Assembly (NCBI GenBank): GCA_030390025.1
Contig: CM059431.1
Span: forward strand, 94,676,001 to 94,740,000
Length of the DNA stretch: 64,000 nucleotides
Origin: Squalus acanthias
Taxonomy: Eukaryota
Direction: 5' to 3'
The notes under the pieces are model-generated. The model searched no databases and was not told where the DNA came from. It saw only the letters and a program-made list of their open reading frames with translations. This document shows positions 59,445-64,000 of this stretch, in pieces. Both the position numbers and the translations under genes were made by a program. Position 1 is the stretch's first letter; each line of letters begins with the position of its first letter.

Positions 59445-60120
59445 AAGGAGAATTTTAACTGAGAGCGGGGGCGCGGGCCGAACACCAAACGTTCCTGAGG
59501 TCGGCAGCGTGAGACCCGGGTTATTTTAACTGCCGAGTCTCATCTGCATGCCACAGATCAGCTGAGGCCAGAAACAGGAGGAAAGTGGCAGGTGACCAGT
59601 GGGTGGGAGTGGATGTTCAGCCGGCAGGAAGTCACCGGTTGGCACCAAGGGAAGGCTCGTCAGCAAGTAGCTAAGTTGCGGGCAGTGGGTTTCAGGAGGG
59701 CTTTGTGGGAGGGAAGGGTGAGATCCCCGAGGCAGGTGAGGCATAAACTTTCCTTGTGGTGCCCAGAGGCGCACTGTTGCTCCTCCTGGCCCCACAAGGA
59801 ATGGTAAGAAAAAAAGTAACCAGAAATGGCCTCTTCTGGACTTGGACCCTCTTCTCGCTGTCTTCACCTGGCTGGAAGTCACTGGCTTCCCCGTTCAGGC
59901 CAGAGTTAAAATTGCAGTAGGGTTCCGATGACCTCTTCAGACCCCAATCTGCATATTGGAAAAAGGACCTCAATGGCTTCAAGCAGGTGCCTTTGACAAG
60001 AGTAGGTTACAATCGGGCTCGGTGCCAAGTAGGTGGGAAATCGGTGGGTATATTACCCGGGATATTTTAACTGCCCACCCTCCTGGTTTCTACCAGGTGT
60101 GTTGGTTTAAAATCTGCCCC
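59445..60120 (-). mobile_element. MITE-like element with conserved hairpin core
   Basis: Ends ggagaattttaac / tttaaaatctgcccc; hairpin at 59750-59801. Confidence 0.5.
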
Positions 60121-60172
60121 CCCCCCTCCCCCATTTTTCTGCCACTAATCATCTGTTGTTCTGTATTTTTAG

Positions 60173-60511
60173 GTCCAATAAAAGTGAACGGTAATAAGAT
60201 TGTGAGATCTCTGGGTGACAATGCACTGCTGCCGTGTACAATTAACACCGAGCAATTTGTCTCGCAAATCATGTGGCAAGAAAAACGAGGTCAACAGCAA
60301 CGGAACTTTTTCACAGTTGTTTTCACCAATGGAAACAAACAGCAATTTTTTGATAATTTTGACGGCAGAATGAGCTACGTTGGGCAAGATAACAAAAATG
60401 CATCGATGTTTTTAGAAAATATTGCACTACGTGATGAGGGGACTTATACCTGCATTTTCACCTTATTCCCTGATGGGCCTGTCGAAGAAGAAATACAGCT
60501 AATCGTAAGAG
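60173..60511 (+). CDS. Ig V-set domain exon, nectin/PVR-family-like
   Basis: Branch point ctaat (~60145), acceptor tttag, donor G|gtatgg, phase 1-1. Sequence LGDNALLPC...VSQIMW...DGRMSY...ASMFLENIALRDEGTYTCIFTLFPDG carries canonical C-W-C and D.G.Y.C plus PVR-family (V)SQ and (T)(F/Y)P.G-like motifs. Confidence 0.9.
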
Positions 60512-60545
60512 GTATGGAATGTTCCTGTGCTAATGTCTGACTTTA

Positions 60546-60996
60546 GTGTCAATGTGGTTCACTCTCATCTCTGGGTCGGAAGGTTGTGGGTTCAAGTCCC
60601 ACTCCAGTGACTTGAGCATGAAATCTGTGTTGACAGTCAGTGCAACATTCCCTCAGTACTGCATTTATCAGGAGTGCTGTCTTTTCAGATAAGATGTTAA
60701 ACTGAGCCCGGTCTACCCCCTCAGGTGGATGTAAAAGATTCCATGGCACTATTTCAAAGAAGAACTTGGGAGTTCTCCCTGTTGTCCTGGCTAATATTTA
60801 TCCCTCAACCAAAATCACAAACAGATTATCTCGTCATTATCACGTTGCTCTTTGTGGGACCTTGCTGTGCACAAATTGGTTGCTGCATTTCCTACATTAC
60901 AACAGTGGCTACACTTCAAAAGTACTTAATTGGCTGGAAAGCGCTTTGGGGTGTCCTGAGGTCATTAAAGGTGCAATATAAATGCAAGTCTTTCTT
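60546..60996 (+). mobile_element. DeuSINE (SacSINE1-like)
   Basis: B box gggttcaagtccc and Deu core gtcttttcagataagatgttaaactgag...ggatgtaaaagattccatggcactatttc. Confidence 0.8.
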
Positions 60997-61184
60997 TAAC
61001 TTAGGAAAATGCTCCAGTGTTTATTACAAATGGGGACAATGCTCTGACTACACGCACAAGGAACTTCACTTATAGAGCATATCAGAAACTTGGGCATCTT
61101 GCTCGTTTAAGTGAATGGATGGCTCATGCCCGAATTTCTGATATGCGCTGCCAGCGGACTGGTAATATTACCATCTGTATAAAA

Positions 61185-62655
61185 CACAGAGCACTTGGCA
61201 AACAGTGACAGGATTGGACAAAGTCAACATGGATTTACAAAAGGTAAATCGTGTTTGACTAATCTACTGGAATTTTTTGAGGATGTAACTGATAGAATAG
61301 ATAAGGGAGAACCAGTGGATGTGGTGTATTTGGACTTTCAGAAGGCTTTCGATAAGGTCCCGCATAAGAGATTAGCATGTAAAGTTAAGACACATGGGAT
61401 TGGGGGCAAGGTACTGTCTTGGAGAGAGAACTGGTTGGCAGACAGGAAGCAAAGAGTTGGAATAAATGGATCTTTTTCCGAGTGGCAGGCAGTGACTAGT
61501 GGGGTTCCGCAGGGATTGGTGCTAGGACCCCAGCTATTCACTATATATATTAATGATCTAGACGAGGGAACTAGATGTAATATCTCCAAGTTTGCAGATG
61601 ACACAAAGCTGGGTGGGTGTGTGTGCTGCGAGGAGGATGCTGAGAAACTCCAGTATGATTTGGACAGGTTGGGTGATTGGGCAGAAGCATGGCAGATGCA
61701 GTATAATGTGGATAAATGTGAGGTTATCCACTTTGGTGGCAAAAACAGAAAAGCAGATTATTATCTGAACGGCAATAGATTGGGAGAAGGGGAAGTGCAA
61801 CGAGACCTGGGTGTCCTTGTGCACCAGTCGCTGAAGGTAAGCATGCAGGTACAGCAGGCGGTTAAGAAGGCAAATGGTATGTTGGCCTTCGTAGCGAGAG
61901 GGTTTGAGTACAGGAACAAGGATGTCTTGCTGCAGTTGTACAGGGCCTTGGTGAGACCACACCTTGAGTATTGTGTGCAGTTTTGGTCGCCTTATCTGAG
62001 GAAGGATGTTCTTGCCATGGAGGGAGTGCAGCGAAGATTCACCAGACTGATACCTGGGATGGCAGGAATGACGTACGAGGAGAGATTGGGTTGATTGGGC
62101 TTATACTCGCTGGAGTTTAGAAGAATGAGAGGAGATCTCATTGAAACTTATAAAATTCTAACAGGGCTAGACAGACTGGATGCAGGAAGGATGTTCCCGA
62201 TGGCGGGGAAGTCCAGAACAAGAGGTCACAGTCTAAAGATAAGGCGTAAGCCATTTAGGACAGAGATGAGGAGGAATTTCTTCACCCAGAGAGTGGCGAA
62301 CCTTTGGAATTCTCTACCACAGAAGGCAGTTGAGGCCAAGTCATTAAATATATTCAAGAAGGAGTTAGATATATTTCTTAAGGCTAAAGGTATCAAGGGA
62401 TAGCAAAATACTGCGGATGCTGGAAATCCGAAATAACAACAGAAAACGCTGGAAAAACTCAGCAGGTCAGGCAGCATCCGTGGAGAGAGAAAGAGAGTTA
62501 ACGTTTCAGGTCGATGACCTTTCATCAAGGGATATGGGGAGAAGGCAGGGACAGGGTACTGAGTTTGGATGATCAGCCATGATCTCATCGAATGGGGGAG
62601 CAGGCTCGAGGGGCCGAATGGCCTACTCCTGCTCCTATCTTCTATGTTTCTATGC
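61185..62655 (+). mobile_element. CR1 (HER1-like) 3' portion
   Basis: RT 61195-62094 (SQHGFTKGKSCLTNL, FADD, YCVQFWSP); tail gggccgaatggcctactcctgctcct(atgtttct)n. Confidence 0.92.
62403..62523 (-). mobile_element. Penelope terminal-repeat fragment inserted in CR1
   Basis: TSD atcaagggata (62392-62402 / 62524-62534); hammerhead-like tgatga-aggtc/atc/gacct-gaaacgtt at the junction. Confidence 0.82.
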
Positions 62656-63304
62656 TTTGCTTGGGGCTGATCAGTAAAAGTTGTTAGCTTGAACAAGCTT
62701 GCTTACAGTAGGGTTCACGAGCAAACTGCAGACCCCCATCAAAAACAAACTGGACTTGGTATCAATTTACTTAGATCCAAATTTCCTCTGAGCATAATTT
62801 ACTGAAAATCCCAATTTGTAAAACTGGAAACCTATATTAAAATTTACCAAGGAAATGAGTTCCAAGAACAAAAATGTTTGGGAAATATTTAATTGACTAT
62901 AGTTCCAGAAGGATAGAATCCCTGATCAGGCACGGAGCAGCACTCGTAGGGAGCGCTAGTTGGGAAATCGCAGGCCCACTGCCCCTTGATTTTCCTTTCA
63001 TTTATAGAAAGTCAGGAGCTGCAGGGCTGCTATTTCTTGACCAGCGCTTCGAGCGAGTGCCACTCCTCACTCGGAATGTCCAATTGAAGAATCAGCCTCT
63101 TTGAATGAACTGAAGACTAGATTTTTCTGTCCCTACCTTATGAATGGGAGGAAACTCCAGCCCTGTACTCAGTGAACAGCCAACTAGCTGCAGTAGTAAC
63201 AGACTTTTATAAAAATTGGTAAAATACGCATGTTATGGCTCTCCGCTTCCCTCTAACAGTATATTAGTCCCACCAGTTGGTAGTGCAGCCCACACACTCA
63301 CATA

Positions 63305-63385
63305 GGCCCTGAAGTTGGTGGTGCTCCCAATTTTCCGTTGTAACTTCGCGGAAGACAGGGAGAACTCCCAGTGAATTTCAGGGCC
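63305..63385. mobile_element. 81-bp mini-MITE
   Basis: TIRs ggccctgaagtt / aatttcagggcc with flanks ata/gta. Confidence 0.55.
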
Positions 63386-64000
63386 GTAGGACATTGCTCC
63401 AGGGAAATATCACATGACTGCAGTGAGTTCCTGAAGTTGAATCTCAGAACAAATCCAAAAAAGTGAACAAACATTCCAGTTCGGAGAACCTTTCGTCCAG
63501 CAGGTCTGAAGAGTTCGTGTCACATTTTGGGATTTTTGATTATTTGGCCTAAAAGGGATTTTTGGTTTAAGCTATAATGGTTTTGATGCAAAGTCAGATT
63601 CAGGATTCTAAGGATTCATTACTAAAAATCCAACTTTTTTAGAACTTGACAGATAAAGGATGGAACCACTGGGACAAAGATGAACCGGGCATTTTAATGA
63701 ACTCTGCTGAAAGGAAATAGACATCAGTTTTGATAGTAGGCCTATCAGTTTGAGACACTGGGGAGGTTTTTAACACAATCTATCACTTCCTAGTGATGTT
63801 CATATATGTAATGTCAGATTTGCTTCTTCTCACTTAGCTCAGCAGCAGCTCAGCTGAACAGGCCGTGCTGGTGATGTGGGTGGGAGAAGTTTCTGTTCCA
63901 AGATGGTAGGTTTGATTGGTAGCTCAACTGCATGAGCCTGGCAGAGCGGATTGCCCACCAATACTGGCATAAAAATCAAGCGGGTTCTATAACAGGCAAG

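Noticed and set aside
59956..60540. 194-aa single-exon gene
   Set aside because: The N-terminal part is MITE and intron sequence; splice signals define the exon as 60173-60511.

Overview
This is vertebrate nuclear DNA, most likely a shark or other elasmobranch, judged from the HE1-like V-SINE, DeuSINEs, and CR1/HER1-type, Penelope and RTE retroelements. The window is mostly decayed, heavily nested transposons. These include a complete Gypsy LTR element with 228-bp LTRs inside a minisatellite and a single-ORF LINE with a tRNA-like 5' head. A Harbinger DNA transposon is split by about 13.5 kb of nested CR1, Penelope, solo-LTR, MITE and RTE insertions. There are also several Penelope copies with hammerhead ribozyme cores, a Tigger/pogo element and many CR1 copies. 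The only host gene seen is the 5' part of a + strand Ig-superfamily receptor of the nectin/PVR type: a signal-peptide exon at 39991-40120 and a V-set exon at 60173-60511. Just upstream are a CpG-rich promoter and a 3.8-kb polypyrimidine tract. The most unusual observations are four. (1) The Gypsy primer-binding position is complementary to its own LTR poly(A)-signal region rather than to a tRNA 3' end. (2) A 185-nt 28S rRNA fragment is exactly circularly permuted. (3) The LINE has a Pol III/SINE-like head and no ORF1 or in-frame AUG. (4) A Penelope-derived inverted repeat has near-perfect arms of about 476 bp. All family assignments come from reading motifs by eye; no searches were run.
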